NCBI GenBank assembly: GCA_035290865.1
Contig: DATDTM010000018.1
Span: forward strand, 11,763-75,762
Length of the DNA: 64,000 bases
Reading direction: 5' to 3'
DNA from: Candidatus Nanoarchaeia archaeon
GTDB lineage: Archaea > Nanobdellota > Nanobdellia > Woesearchaeales > GW2011-AR9
Shown: piece after piece, positions 20,102 to 29,878 of the stretch
Numbering within the stretch: position 1 is the first letter of the stretch
How the letters are laid out: every line of letters starts with the position of its first letter
The notes under the pieces: generated by a model
Database searches by the model: none
Seen by the model: only the letters and a program-made list of their open reading frames with translations
What the model was told of the DNA's origin: nothing
Made by a program: the position numbers and the translations under genes

Positions 20102-21589
20102 TTATTTTTTCCGATATAACTGATAATAATATTTTAATTCTTTGAGGTTAACTAAGCCGAAGATTAAGATGAGGATTAAATAAATGATGGTAGCAACAAA
20201 AACTGAAAGGAAAAGATTGATCCAAATATTGTAAGTTAGATTCTGTTTCATAAATAAAGTAATCAAGTAAATGGATAAAGTAGGAAAGACTAAGAGCAAC
20301 CATTGCTTTAGAGGTACTTTTAATCCGATATGTTTTCTTATGCGCAAAGTAGAGGCCACTAATGAGAAAAAATAACAAAAGGCAGTGGCAAAAGCAGCCC
20401 CATTTATTCCGTACTTGGGAATTAAAAGAATATTCAATCCGAAGTTAGAGGCGGCAGCCAGGAAAACGATTACAGTAACTTCTTTTGGTTTTCCAATAGC
20501 GGAGATCATATTATTATTTACGGAAGCTAGAATGTAAAAAGAAACTCCGACGAGCAAAATCTGGAAAGCAAGAGCCCCTGCTCCATAATCCACACCAAAA
20601 AAAGTAGTTAAGAAAAATTTTGAGTAGACTATAATTGGAATCATGATCGGAATTATTAACACAAAGACATATCTATGCAATAAGCTAATTCCTTGGGAAA
20701 GCCTTTTTTTATCGCCTTTCGCCCATAACTCTGAAGAGAGGGGATAGATTACTGAACACAAAGCTTTCCCAAAGAAAATAAAAATTAAAGCTGAGGGCAA
20801 GACAGCATTATAAATTCCAACTTGAGTTAAAGTCCCATAATAAGTTAAAACCAAAGTGTCCACATAGCCGATAATCATTCCTCCAACTGAAGTCGCAAAT
20901 ACGGGAATGCTGAAAAAGATCAATTTTTTGGAAACTTCTTTGAAATGAGTGAGCTTATGCTGAAAAAAAAGGCATCTCTTGAGAAGGAAAGGAAAATAAA
21001 TAAGAAATAAAATAGGTGAGACCATGACAAAAGCCAATACCGGAGAAAAAATTCCGAGATTAAAGTAAAAGAATAAAAGAATTAAAACCAAAATGATAAG
21101 ATTCTTGGCAAACTCGATGGTAGAATACAGAAACATCTGCTGGAAACCTTGAAAGACCGCTTTAATGGTAGTAAACAAAACGCTGAAGATAGTATAGAGC
21201 ACCAATACTCTTAAAATTAAAGCTGCCCGGGGATTTTTGAAGTAATGCACGGCCAAATAATCAGAGAAAATTAGAAAAATTATGGCAATCAATATTGAAC
21301 CAATAAGTTGGAAAGTAAAGACGGAAGTTATTGCAGTCTTTATCTTTTCCGGCTGGTTCTGGGCACGAAATTCAGCGATGTACTTGACTAAAGCCTCTCC
21401 GAAACCCAGATCGCGGAAGAAAAGAAAAAAGATAATAACAGTAAAAACTGAATAGAAGAGACCGAATTCTTCGGTGGAAAGATTTCTGGCTAAAACGATT
21501 CTGGTCAGGTAAGCGATGATCGAAGCTAAAACGCTGAAGAATAAAACATTGGTAGCTCCCCGCAGAGCCTTATGGGTATAAGTAACCAT
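20102..21589 (-). CDS. polysaccharide/oligosaccharide flippase, MOP superfamily (Wzx-like)
   Basis: 495 aa, ~14 predicted TM helices, the typical Wzx/MATE-like architecture. Confidence 0.7.
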   Translation of the reverse strand: MVTYTHKALRGATNVLFFSVLASIIAYLTRIVLARNLSTEEFGLFYSVFTVIIFFLFFRDLGFGEALVKYIAEFRAQNQPEKIKTAITSVFTFQLIGSILIAIIFLIFSDYLAVHYFKNPRAALILRVLVLYTIFSVLFTTIKAVFQGFQQMFLYSTIEFAKNLIILVLILLFFYFNLGIFSPVLAFVMVSPILFLIYFPFLLKRCLFFQHKLTHFKEVSKKLIFFSIPVFATSVGGMIIGYVDTLVLTYYGTLTQVGIYNAVLPSALIFIFFGKALCSVIYPLSSELWAKGDKKRLSQGISLLHRYVFVLIIPIMIPIIVYSKFFLTTFFGVDYGAGALAFQILLVGVSFYILASVNNNMISAIGKPKEVTVIVFLAAASNFGLNILLIPKYGINGAAFATAFCYFFSLVASTLRIRKHIGLKVPLKQWLLLVFPTLSIYLITLFMKQNLTYNIWINLFLSVFVATIIYLILILIFGLVNLKELKYYYQLYRKK

Positions 21590-21626
21590 GGGCTAGGAAG
21601 CGAAAAATGCTATTTTTAAAGGTATA

Positions 21627-21732
21627 GGAAATAACTTCAATTTTCGGATAAACTAAAATGATGTCAAAGTTATTTCCTAATAATCAAATCACTTTTAGAA
21701 GTATCAAATCCCGATGATTAAAGTGATTTGAT
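21627..21732. terminator. two long palindromes (11-bp and 13-bp arms) between the EF-hand lipoprotein gene and the flippase gene; terminator and/or operator
   Basis: ggaaataactt (21627..21637) pairs with aagttatttcc (21667..21677). atcaaatcacttt (21683..21695) pairs with aaagtgatttgat (21720..21732). Confidence 0.35.
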
Positions 21733-21767
21733 ATAATGATACGCGGTTCTAAGAAAGGAAAGATTAA

Positions 21768-22124
21768 TTATTCTTTTTGAACTTTTTTAGGGGGGCCAGA
21801 AAAATATAAAATGCAAGAATCTTTTTCTTTAAGATATTGAGCATCAAGGAAATTTCTACGTTCACACTTAAGTGGCCCGTTAAGCTCCTCTTCAGTTACT
21901 TCACCATCATTATCTGCATCCAGCATAAATAGAAGCGCACCAAGACCATTAAGATCCGCTCGTTTACCATTCTGCTCTCTAAACCAATTATATTTAGCCC
22001 AGGATTCTTCACCATCAATTTCAATTTCAAACGAACCGCCTTGAGAAGTAAAATCGTAATCTTTACTACAACCAGCTCCAGCTAGAGCCAGTAAACTTAA
22101 TCCTGCTGCAATTGATTGATACAT
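21768..22124 (-). CDS. secreted lipoprotein with a canonical EF-hand Ca-binding loop
   Basis: Signal plus lipobox LLALAGAGCS. EF-hand loop DADNDGEVTEEE (D1 D3 D5 G6 V8 E12). Confidence 0.6.
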   Translation of the reverse strand: MYQSIAAGLSLLALAGAGCSKDYDFTSQGGSFEIEIDGEESWAKYNWFREQNGKRADLNGLGALLFMLDADNDGEVTEEELNGPLKCERRNFLDAQYLKEKDSCILYFSGPPKKVQKE

Positions 22125-22287
22125 TTTATTAGTCTAGAACTAAACGACTATATAAATCTTTGGGTAAAATTACTCTTTGGGAGTAGTTAACTAATCGAGA
22201 AAGGAATAATTCTACATTTAGGATCATGATCTATCTCCCAGAGTTGCAGAAACTTTTTAAACTACTATTTAGGAAGAAACTGATCTG

Positions 22288-23409
22288 ATGAAAACCGCTT
22301 TAATTACGGGCATAACCGGCCAGGACGGACCTTATCTGGCTAAACTATTATTAGAGAAAGGCTATAAAGTCTATGGCACCTACAGAAGAACTTCTTCCCC
22401 CAATTTCTGGAGATTACAGCATCTAGGCATCTTGGATAAAGTCACTCTTATTCCTGCAGATTTATGTGATATGGCCTCATTATTAGAAGCAGTAACAGTT
22501 TCCAACCCTGACGAAATTTATAACCTAGCCGCGCAGAGTTTTGTAGGTGCTTCTTTTGACCAGCCTTTATTGACTACGGAAATCGATGCCAGCGGATCTA
22601 CCAGATTTTTAGAAATAATTAGGCACTTAAATAAAAACATTAAATATTATCAGGCTTCTACCAGCGAATTGTATGGTGGCTCGAAAGAATGTCCCCAAGA
22701 TGAGAGAACTCCCATGATCCCTAACTCTCCCTATGCGGCTGCGAAATTACACTCTTTCCATATGAATCGGATTTACCGCCACTCTTATGGTCTTTTTGCT
22801 AGTAACGGAATTTTATTTAATCATGAAAGCCCGTTACGGGGAATGGAATTCGTGACTAGAAAAATTACTAACTCGGCAGCGAAAATTAAGTTAGGATTAC
22901 AGAAAGATTTGAAATTAGGTAATTTAGAGGCAAAACGAGATTGGGGTTATGCTCCAGAATTTGTTAAAGCCATGTGGAGAATGATGCAGCATCATACCCC
23001 GGACGATTTTGTGGTAGCTACTGGCGAGACTCATTCGGTCAAAGAATTCGCTGAGGAAGCCTTTGCGGCAGTTGGCCTGGATTGGAAAGATCATGTTATC
23101 AGCGAGAAAAATTTACATCGACCGATGGAAGTACACCAGCTCTGCGGAGATCCCAGTAAAGCCAAAGAAATTTTAGGCTGGGAGCCGAAAGTTACTTTCC
23201 ATCAGCTGGTTAAGATCATGGCAGAGTCTGATCTAAGATTATGGAAATTGCATCTTAACGGCAAATCTTTCCCCTGGGATGCACCTAGTTTCCCTCAGGG
23301 GATGGATCTGATCGCTCGGAATGTGACCAGAGATGCGAGTAGGTCTATGGCAGCTGTTAATTCTAAATTATTAAAGAAAAAAAGTGGTTTAGGGAAGATT
23401 TTTGGATAG
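22288..23409 (+). CDS. gmd: GDP-mannose 4,6-dehydratase
   Basis: ALITGITGQDGPYLAKLLLEKGYKVYG Rossmann. Catalytic SxxE...YAAAK (SPYAAAKL). NHESPLRG. Full-length 373 aa. AGGAAG SD upstream. Confidence 0.9.
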   Translation: MKTALITGITGQDGPYLAKLLLEKGYKVYGTYRRTSSPNFWRLQHLGILDKVTLIPADLCDMASLLEAVTVSNPDEIYNLAAQSFVGASFDQPLLTTEIDASGSTRFLEIIRHLNKNIKYYQASTSELYGGSKECPQDERTPMIPNSPYAAAKLHSFHMNRIYRHSYGLFASNGILFNHESPLRGMEFVTRKITNSAAKIKLGLQKDLKLGNLEAKRDWGYAPEFVKAMWRMMQHHTPDDFVVATGETHSVKEFAEEAFAAVGLDWKDHVISEKNLHRPMEVHQLCGDPSKAKEILGWEPKVTFHQLVKIMAESDLRLWKLHLNGKSFPWDAPSFPQGMDLIARNVTRDASRSMAAVNSKLLKKKSGLGKIFG

Positions 23410-23455
23410 GAAAATTAGACTGGTTCTGAAAAGATAGATAAAAAAAATTAAGAAA

Positions 23456-24340
23456 TCATTCCTTCCTAAAATCATCTTCAGTCAAAGATTCTAATCCTAA
23501 TCTGGTAGAATACATTATTCCTGGGAAATGCACTCTTACCGTTGTAAAATCTTTATGATTAAACCATCCTCTATTGAGTAATTTATCTCTCTCTGTAGGG
23601 TGGGCTATTCTAACCAGTTCTGGAGCATGCTCAACATCTTTTCTTTCTTCTCTCCATCTGCCGGAAGTGAAATATTCTGCAGGAGCGTCGATCCTTCCCA
23701 CCCAAACTACATCTGCATCACCTTTCAAAGGATGAGAAGCGATTCCTACAAATCTAGGTGCTTCGACTAATTCTAATCTTTGACCATATTCTTCTTTTAA
23801 TTCTTGGATAGCCTGTTCTTTGAAATGGTATAGAGAAGGCTGTCCGGCATAATCTACTCCACCTGCTACTGCGTTAAGGTAGCCAGGATATAAAGAACCT
23901 ATTCTTTTCCCGACGAAAACCTGGCCGTCTTTAGTTACTGGAACAAAAGCCACCCCGATCGCTCTGGAGAAGAAAGCCCAGGAATCATCATGTATTTCTC
24001 TTCCCATTGTTTTAAGGGTTTGATTAACTTCATCGCTTCTATGAATGTCTGCAATGGAAGCTCCGAAATAGGTTAGTCCCATGGGAACTACAATATGTTC
24101 ATTTGAAGGATGAATAAAAGGCGGGTTTAACCTGTATTTTCTATCATCCCATCTGCTTCCCTCTCCGTAATTCATCATTCCTGCGGTTCTTAATCCTGGA
24201 AATAATTTGTTTAAAACGTGGTCAAAGTATCTGGGCTGGTTAGGATCATGGATATTGGCCTGGCCTAAACCAGTAGTAAATACAACTTCTCTTCCCTTAA
24301 TCTGTTCGGGTGTTAAATCATATTGATAATCTTTTTCCAT
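23456..24340 (-). CDS. hypothetical protein with a degenerate Nudix-like segment
   Basis: AGGVDYAGQPSLYHFKEQAIQELKEEYG loosely resembles the Nudix box but lacks the canonical E/RE residues. Function unassigned. Confidence 0.4.
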   Translation of the reverse strand: MEKDYQYDLTPEQIKGREVVFTTGLGQANIHDPNQPRYFDHVLNKLFPGLRTAGMMNYGEGSRWDDRKYRLNPPFIHPSNEHIVVPMGLTYFGASIADIHRSDEVNQTLKTMGREIHDDSWAFFSRAIGVAFVPVTKDGQVFVGKRIGSLYPGYLNAVAGGVDYAGQPSLYHFKEQAIQELKEEYGQRLELVEAPRFVGIASHPLKGDADVVWVGRIDAPAEYFTSGRWREERKDVEHAPELVRIAHPTERDKLLNRGWFNHKDFTTVRVHFPGIMYSTRLGLESLTEDDFRKE

Positions 24341-24351
24341 TTTTAGATGCC

Positions 24352-25176
24352 CTATTCTGTTTTCACCTTTTGATTAAACCATAATATATTTTCTATTCCT
24401 ATCACTGTTCCCAATGGTCCTTTTTGTTCTGGGATAAAATAGTTTGGAAGTTGTCTTACTTCCCTCTCCTCTTCTGTATCTTTTCCCACATAGACTACAT
24501 AACCACCAGCTAGACCTATCTTGCTTATCGCCGGCAGATCATTTCCAGAATCGCCGAAATAAGCCATCTGCTCCAGAGGAATTCCGGTTAGCTCTGAATA
24601 TAATTGCACCTGCTTAGCTTTGCTTACTCCCTTAGATTTAATGTCTACTGCATCTGCAGACCTGGTTACTTCCACAAACTGGAATCGTCTTTCTAAAGCT
24701 TCTTTGATCTGAAGATGTTTTCTTTTTAATAAATCTGAATTGGTCCTTCCTTCAGAGATAAAAGTAGGAGTGACATAGCCGATCATATGCTGATAAGATT
24801 CGCTACTGGCCTGGCTTACCAAACTATCGTAAAGATTATGCTCATAAGCAAAAGCATTAATTTCCTGTCTTTGTTCCGGAGTTAATCCTCCTAAAACAAC
24901 CGGTTGGCCAATTTCCCCTTGCTCATCAAATAAACGCAAGGCACTTTCTTCATACAAAATTGCTTCTTTCTGACACGGTTTATCAGGAGCAATTAATCGG
25001 GTAAAATATACAAATTGTTCTGGGAAACACCGTCCAGAAGAAAGCGTAAAGAGAATTCCTTCTTTACGCGCATTTCTAATCAGCGTTTTTAAATGGGGGT
25101 GAAACTTGTTCAGAGTTCCGCCCTCAATCAAAGTCCCATCAAGGTCAAGAATAATCGCTTCTATTGGTTTTGGCAT
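24352..25176 (-). CDS. HAD-superfamily hydrolase, subfamily IIB (Cof / sugar-phosphate phosphatase-like)
   Basis: Motif I ILDLDGTLI, motif IV FGDSGNDLPA, plus a cap domain. Confidence 0.75.
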   Translation of the reverse strand: MPKPIEAIILDLDGTLIEGGTLNKFHPHLKTLIRNARKEGILFTLSSGRCFPEQFVYFTRLIAPDKPCQKEAILYEESALRLFDEQGEIGQPVVLGGLTPEQRQEINAFAYEHNLYDSLVSQASSESYQHMIGYVTPTFISEGRTNSDLLKRKHLQIKEALERRFQFVEVTRSADAVDIKSKGVSKAKQVQLYSELTGIPLEQMAYFGDSGNDLPAISKIGLAGGYVVYVGKDTEEEREVRQLPNYFIPEQKGPLGTVIGIENILWFNQKVKTE

Positions 25177-25253
25177 GGTCGGTTTACTATTTGGGGGTAG
25201 TGTTTATAAAGATTTGGGATGGATTTGTTTGGATATCAAATTAGCCAGTAAGA

Positions 25254-25712
25254 CTAGAGCAGATTTTTTATTCTGGCAATAAACTCTTTGGCTAACTGAA
25301 TCGTTTGCTTTACTTCTCTCTCTTTAGGCTCGACTGCTTCCAATCCATAAAAGATTTCGTGCCTTTCTAACCGCAACACATTCAATTCGTTAAGAAACTT
25401 TAGTTCAATCTTATCGGCATATTTCTCTTTAAGATAAATATAAAGAGCATAGTGGCTTCTCTCTTTGTACCCGTCTCTGAATAAAAGTGCCCGGGAAGTA
25501 TGGAACATCGCGGAGTAAGCGTTGACTAAAGCCATATCCATTACTTTTAAAGAAAGAAGCTGTTCTGCTTTCTCTAACTTTTCTGCAGCCACCTCTAACG
25601 AGCGAGAAGCTTTTTCAGAGCTTGGCTGGTCTTTCTTTAGCAGTCCCTGACCTAAACATTCTCTAATATCCATCACAACACCACCGGCTTCTCTCCATAA
25701 AGAGGAATACAA
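25254..25712 (-). CDS. HEPN-domain protein (toxin of a HEPN/MNT pair)
   Basis: R-x4-H motif RLERHEIFYG. 40-nt overlap with the upstream MNT gene. Confidence 0.6.
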   Translation of the reverse strand: MYSSLWREAGGVVMDIRECLGQGLLKKDQPSSEKASRSLEVAAEKLEKAEQLLSLKVMDMALVNAYSAMFHTSRALLFRDGYKERSHYALYIYLKEKYADKIELKFLNELNVLRLERHEIFYGLEAVEPKEREVKQTIQLAKEFIARIKNLL

Positions 25713-26227
25713 TTAAAAATTACTTCTTTATAAAAAGTGGGATCCTTTTCTGCTTTTTCTTTCCAGTCATGATAAGTATACTCTAAGTAAGTTACTTCCC
25801 GGGAAAGCTTTTTCTCTGATTTAAATGAAAGATTGTTTATCTTTTTTCTGGTAATAATCAAAAGGTCAATATCACTTTGCTGATCATCAAGCCCTTTAGC
25901 TACTGAACCATATAAAGTAATGCTGATCAGACTTTCAGAAGAAAATTTTTCCAGCATCTCCTGAATTAACCCAGAAGAGTTTAATTCCGCTAAAGAAAAT
26001 AAAATTTTCGCCTGCTTAACTAAAGGAGAACTGCCTTCCACTTTTAGAAGATGGGTTTTTCCCACTACTTTTCTCTCCACAAACCAGTTTTTTTCCAGAT
26101 AATCTAAACTTGCTTTAGCTGTACTCGGCCCAACCCTAGCTTTTTTAGCGATTTCCCGCAGGCTTAAATCTTTGTTTTCCCGAATAATGGCCTTAATTAC
26201 TTTAAGAAGAGCGTATTTATAAATCAT
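25673..26227 (-). CDS. minimal nucleotidyltransferase (MNT) with N-terminal winged-helix HTH; antitoxin partner of HEPN
   Basis: wHTH (LSLREIAKKARVGPSTAKASLDYLEK). NTase motif GSVAKGLDDQQSDIDLLII (GSx9-11DxD). Confidence 0.7.
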   Translation of the reverse strand: MIYKYALLKVIKAIIRENKDLSLREIAKKARVGPSTAKASLDYLEKNWFVERKVVGKTHLLKVEGSSPLVKQAKILFSLAELNSSGLIQEMLEKFSSESLISITLYGSVAKGLDDQQSDIDLLIITRKKINNLSFKSEKKLSREVTYLEYTYHDWKEKAEKDPTFYKEVIFNCIPLYGEKPVVL

Positions 26228-26327
26228 GATTTAGATAAAAGTGGTTGTTCTATTTAAAGTTTTTGGTATTGGTTTGTTCTTTAAGCAGAACATATGTTCT
26301 TTAAATAGAACAATAGAAAAAATGGAT

Positions 26328-27347
26328 TTATCTTTTTAATCTCAACTCTATCTCCGCCTCTTTCAGATCATGCTCGACCATCAACCGAACTAATTCTTTA
26401 AATTTTATTTTAGGTGCGAAACCGAAAACTCTCTTAGCTTTGGAATTATCTCCCAAAAGAGTGCTGGTCTGGCTAGGACGGGCGAAACGAGGATCAAATT
26501 TAACATGATCGTCAGGGTTTAATCCTACCACTTTAAAAGCCTCTTCCAGCCATTCCCGCACAGAATGTACTTCTCCAGTACAAATAATATAATCCTCGGC
26601 TTTGGGCTGCTGCATTAGTGTCCAGGCAGCTTCCATGTATTCCTTGGCGTAGCCAAAATCTATTTTAGTGTCCAAATTTCCCAGGTATAATTCTGTTTGC
26701 AGGCCCAGTTTGATCCTGGCAGCGGCAGTGGTTATCTTTCTGGTAACATAATCTGCAGTCCTTCTCGGCGATTCGTGATTGTAGAATATTCCGGTACAGA
26801 CATGCAATCCAAAAACATCACGATAAAACTTGCAGAGAGTATAGGCAAAGACTTTGGCTGCAGCATAAGGGCTTTGAGGCCTGAAAGCAGTATTCTCATT
26901 TTGAGGGATCTCTACTGCCTGGCCGAACATATTAGAGGAAACCGGCTGAAAATATTTTATTTTAGGATTGACCTGTTTAATAATCTCTAAAATCCGGCAA
27001 ACTGCTGCTCCGGTGATATCACAGGAATAATCTGGAGAGGCGAAACTCCAGGTGACATGATCCTGGTCAGCTTCGTTATAAATCTCGTCTGGCTTAACTT
27101 CGTTGATGATGCGATAAATGGAAGTAGTATCGGCCAAATCTCCTTTATGCAGGATGATTTTTTCTTCTTTATCTTTGATTAAATGATTAATGTTAATAGT
27201 ATTCCCGGTAGCGGATTTTCTAATCAAACCATGAACTTCATAGCCTTTTTCTAAGAGTACTTCCGCAAGGTATGAACCGTATGTCTCGCTCTATGCGTCT
27301 TGACCGGTTATACCCAAGATTAGGGCTTTTTTTTGTTGAGCAGCCAT
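26328..27347 (-). pseudogene. second GDP-mannose 4,6-dehydratase paralog, disrupted: in-frame TAG plus a 6-codon insertion inside the NADP-binding GxxGxxG motif
   Basis: Minus-strand ATG 27347 gives [49 protein letters not shown]..., with the TAG at 27293..27291. The track ORF starts only at the downstream MIRKS. The rest is full-length gmd-like (NHESPRR, SPYAAAKV), ~50% identical to the intact gmd. Confidence 0.6.
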
Positions 27348-27410
27348 AATATTTCAAAAGATGATTAATTTATAAAATTATTGGATTTCAGGAACTTAAT
27401 TTTGTAAAAT

Positions 27411-28700
27411 TTATTCCACAATCCTAAACTCCGGCAGGGGCACGATCCATTTTCCGCCTTTTAATCTCCATTCAGTTTCCCTTGCATACATCTCTTTAAA
27501 GAAAGCATAAGGTAAAACTAAAAAATAATCCGGCTGAGCTTTCCTAGCTTCTTCCTCAGTAAGAATAGGAATTCCTGTTCCGACCGTATATCGCTCGAAT
27601 TTCCAGGGGCTTCTCTCTGAGGCAGCGGTAATTAAGGTATGGTCTAAGCCATAATACTGTAAGATGACATTACCTTTAGTGGAAGCGCCATAAACCCAGA
27701 CTTTTTTTCCTCGGGCAGTTTCCTGCTTGATGAAATCCACGCATTTCTTCTTGTTCTGTTCCAGGTGCTGGAAAAAGTCTAAATATACTTGCTTATTGCG
27801 GTAATCTTTCTCCTCAGACTTAACTTTAGCGATACGTTCTGCTGCTCCTGATGGGATATTGATTAAGACCCCTTTCTTTTTTGCATACAAACGATAACTT
27901 CCGCCATTGACATCATTAATTTCAATATCAAAGATTTCCAAACCGTTTTTTCCAAACAAATGTTCTAAAGAGGAAAAAGAATAATATTCTAGATGTTCGT
28001 GGCAAATATTTCCTACATCATTTCCATCCAGCATATTCTTCAGGCACATCAATTGAGCGATAAAAACTCCATCTTCAGTTAAGGCCCTGGCTGCATCTGC
28101 GATGAACTGATTAGGGTCTTCCATATCATAAAACATGCCTAGAGCAGTAATGATTTTAGCTTTTTTCCCGACTACTGACCAATACTTATCATAGATCCAA
28201 AAATCGTTGAGGAAATGAGTAATTCCCTGCTTTCCTTCTTCTGCAAGGTTAGTGGCTGGCTCTATGCCAATGGTAATCAAATTAGGAACAGTAAATTGCC
28301 TCAATAAAGTTCCATCATTAGAGCCAATATCCAAAACTACGTCTCCCGACTTCAGATTGAACCTTTTTTCTGCGATTTCAGCAATCTCTTTAAGAGCTTT
28401 TTTCATGGTCTCAGTTACCCCGGACTTGTACCAATAGAATCTGCTATAGAGAAGCTCTTGGGGAGCAGTATGCTTTAACTGCACTAAAGTACAATTCTCG
28501 CAGAAAACCATCTCTAAAGGAGCTTTTCTTCCTGTAGAAATATTTTCTTTGGTGGGGAAATCGTTGAGGAATTGGGTGCCTAAAGAGAACAAAGGGCTTA
28601 ATTTAGGAGAATTACAAACCCGGCAGGTAGTGCGAGTAGTATAATTCGATCCTACAGCTGGTTTATCTTTTTCTGAATTTTGATTCACTTTTTCCACCAT
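27411..28700 (-). CDS. NDP-sugar C-methyltransferase-like (Zn-ribbon + class I SAM MTase + C-methyltransferase C-terminal domain)
   Basis: N-terminal CRVCNS...CENC zinc ribbon. VVLDIGSNDGTLL SAM motif I. Architecture of the TylC3/Coq5-unrelated C-MTase family. Confidence 0.65.
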   Translation of the reverse strand: MVEKVNQNSEKDKPAVGSNYTTRTTCRVCNSPKLSPLFSLGTQFLNDFPTKENISTGRKAPLEMVFCENCTLVQLKHTAPQELLYSRFYWYKSGVTETMKKALKEIAEIAEKRFNLKSGDVVLDIGSNDGTLLRQFTVPNLITIGIEPATNLAEEGKQGITHFLNDFWIYDKYWSVVGKKAKIITALGMFYDMEDPNQFIADAARALTEDGVFIAQLMCLKNMLDGNDVGNICHEHLEYYSFSSLEHLFGKNGLEIFDIEINDVNGGSYRLYAKKKGVLINIPSGAAERIAKVKSEEKDYRNKQVYLDFFQHLEQNKKKCVDFIKQETARGKKVWVYGASTKGNVILQYYGLDHTLITAASERSPWKFERYTVGTGIPILTEEEARKAQPDYFLVLPYAFFKEMYARETEWRLKGGKWIVPLPEFRIVE

Positions 28701-28730
28701 TTTAACTTAAACTTCGGGGGAGAAAGATTA

Positions 28731-29156
28731 TTAATAAAGGTTTTGGTTCTCCACTCTATTGAACACCAATCTCTTATTCAAGAAATAATTCAATATTGAG
28801 ATGATCAAAGCCACCAGTATTATCGAAAGCAGGTAATACACTCTTAGAATTACGCTTAATAAATAAACTCCCACCCAATTCAGAGCACTGATGAATAAGA
28901 TCACGATAACAAACTTCAGGAAATGACCTTTCTTTCTAAAAGTAATCATAGAATGATAGCCAAACAAAAATAAAATTTCTAGACAAAGAGCAAGAGCAAA
29001 AGAGAGCATATGCCATAACTGGAAAAATTCAGTTAAGAGATAAGTCACCGTTAGATTCAGGAGCAGGCTCAAACCACCGCCGAAAAGGAATTTAAAGTAG
29101 CGGAACCAATTTTCTTTAATCATGGAAATAAGTTCACTCATTTTTCTAATCCCCAC
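28731..29156 (-). CDS. GtrA-family small membrane protein (polyprenyl-phosphate sugar translocation accessory)
   Basis: 141 aa, 4 TM, KxxxxFxxVGxxxxLxNL-like start (FRYFKFLFGGGLSLLLNLTVTYLL). 19-nt overlap with the upstream GT2. Confidence 0.6.
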   Translation of the reverse strand: MGIRKMSELISMIKENWFRYFKFLFGGGLSLLLNLTVTYLLTEFFQLWHMLSFALALCLEILFLFGYHSMITFRKKGHFLKFVIVILFISALNWVGVYLLSVILRVYYLLSIILVALIISILNYFLNKRLVFNRVENQNLY

Positions 29157-29878
29157 CTTAATTTCAAGACTTTTAAACCGTAATCTTTACCCAAGCGGAA
29201 TAAAGTCCATAAATCCCCGTCAGACTTAGAGACCCCTCCTGGACGGATCTGATATTTACAAGGAACCTCGATGATCTTGAACTTATTCTTTTTGGCTTTA
29301 TAGGCAAACTCGATAAAATATTCGCCAAAACCTTTTCGGGAGAAGTGAACTTTATCAAATACTTCTTTTCTTACTGCGGCAAAGCCAGAGGTATAATCTC
29401 TTACTCCCCAACCTAAGAGTAACATAGCATAAGCATTGATCAAGATGCTTAATAAAACTCGGAACTTGGGGCGAGGATCTGCGCCGCCTTTTACATATCT
29501 AGAAGCGATAGCTACATCGTATTGATCTAATTTTGAAACCAATCCAAGAATCTCCTCAGGGGATAAACCTAAATCGCAGTCTAGCCAGACGATGACTTTG
29601 CCTTTAGCAGCGCGAATTCCGTCGTCTAAAGCTGAGGAAAGGCCTTTTTCTTTGATCCTGCGGATTAATCTTACTTTCGGATGGTGTAATTCTTCAACTA
29701 ATTTCCAGGTCTGGTCAGGAGAATTATCGTCAACCACAATTATCTCTAATAATTGAGAGCCTAAACTATTAGAAATACGTTCGATAGCCTCTTGGATATT
29801 AGCCCGCTCATTATAAGAAGGTAGAACTACTGAAACAAAATGGGTTAAATCTTTAATCTTATTTATTTCTGAATCCAA
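29138..29878 (-). CDS. family 2 glycosyltransferase (polyprenyl-phosphate glycosyltransferase, DPM1/GtrB-like)
   Basis: VSVVLPSYNERANI...IIVVDDNSPD...WLDCDL (DxD). Confidence 0.8.
   Translation of the reverse strand: MDSEINKIKDLTHFVSVVLPSYNERANIQEAIERISNSLGSQLLEIIVVDDNSPDQTWKLVEELHHPKVRLIRRIKEKGLSSALDDGIRAAKGKVIVWLDCDLGLSPEEILGLVSKLDQYDVAIASRYVKGGADPRPKFRVLLSILINAYAMLLLGWGVRDYTSGFAAVRKEVFDKVHFSRKGFGEYFIEFAYKAKKNKFKIIEVPCKYQIRPGGVSKSDGDLWTLFRLGKDYGLKVLKLRWGLEK

Noticed and set aside
23456-24340. Calling the 294-aa protein a Nudix hydrolase (GDP-mannose mannosyl hydrolase)
   Set aside because: The candidate Nudix box lacks the essential Glu/Arg-Glu positions. Kept as hypothetical.
27291-27293. 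Reading the in-frame TAG in the gmd paralog as pyrrolysine or other recoding
   Set aside because: TAG is used as the terminator of several nearby genes (gmd, GT4, transposase). The TAG comes with a 6-codon insertion that destroys the GxxGxxG loop.
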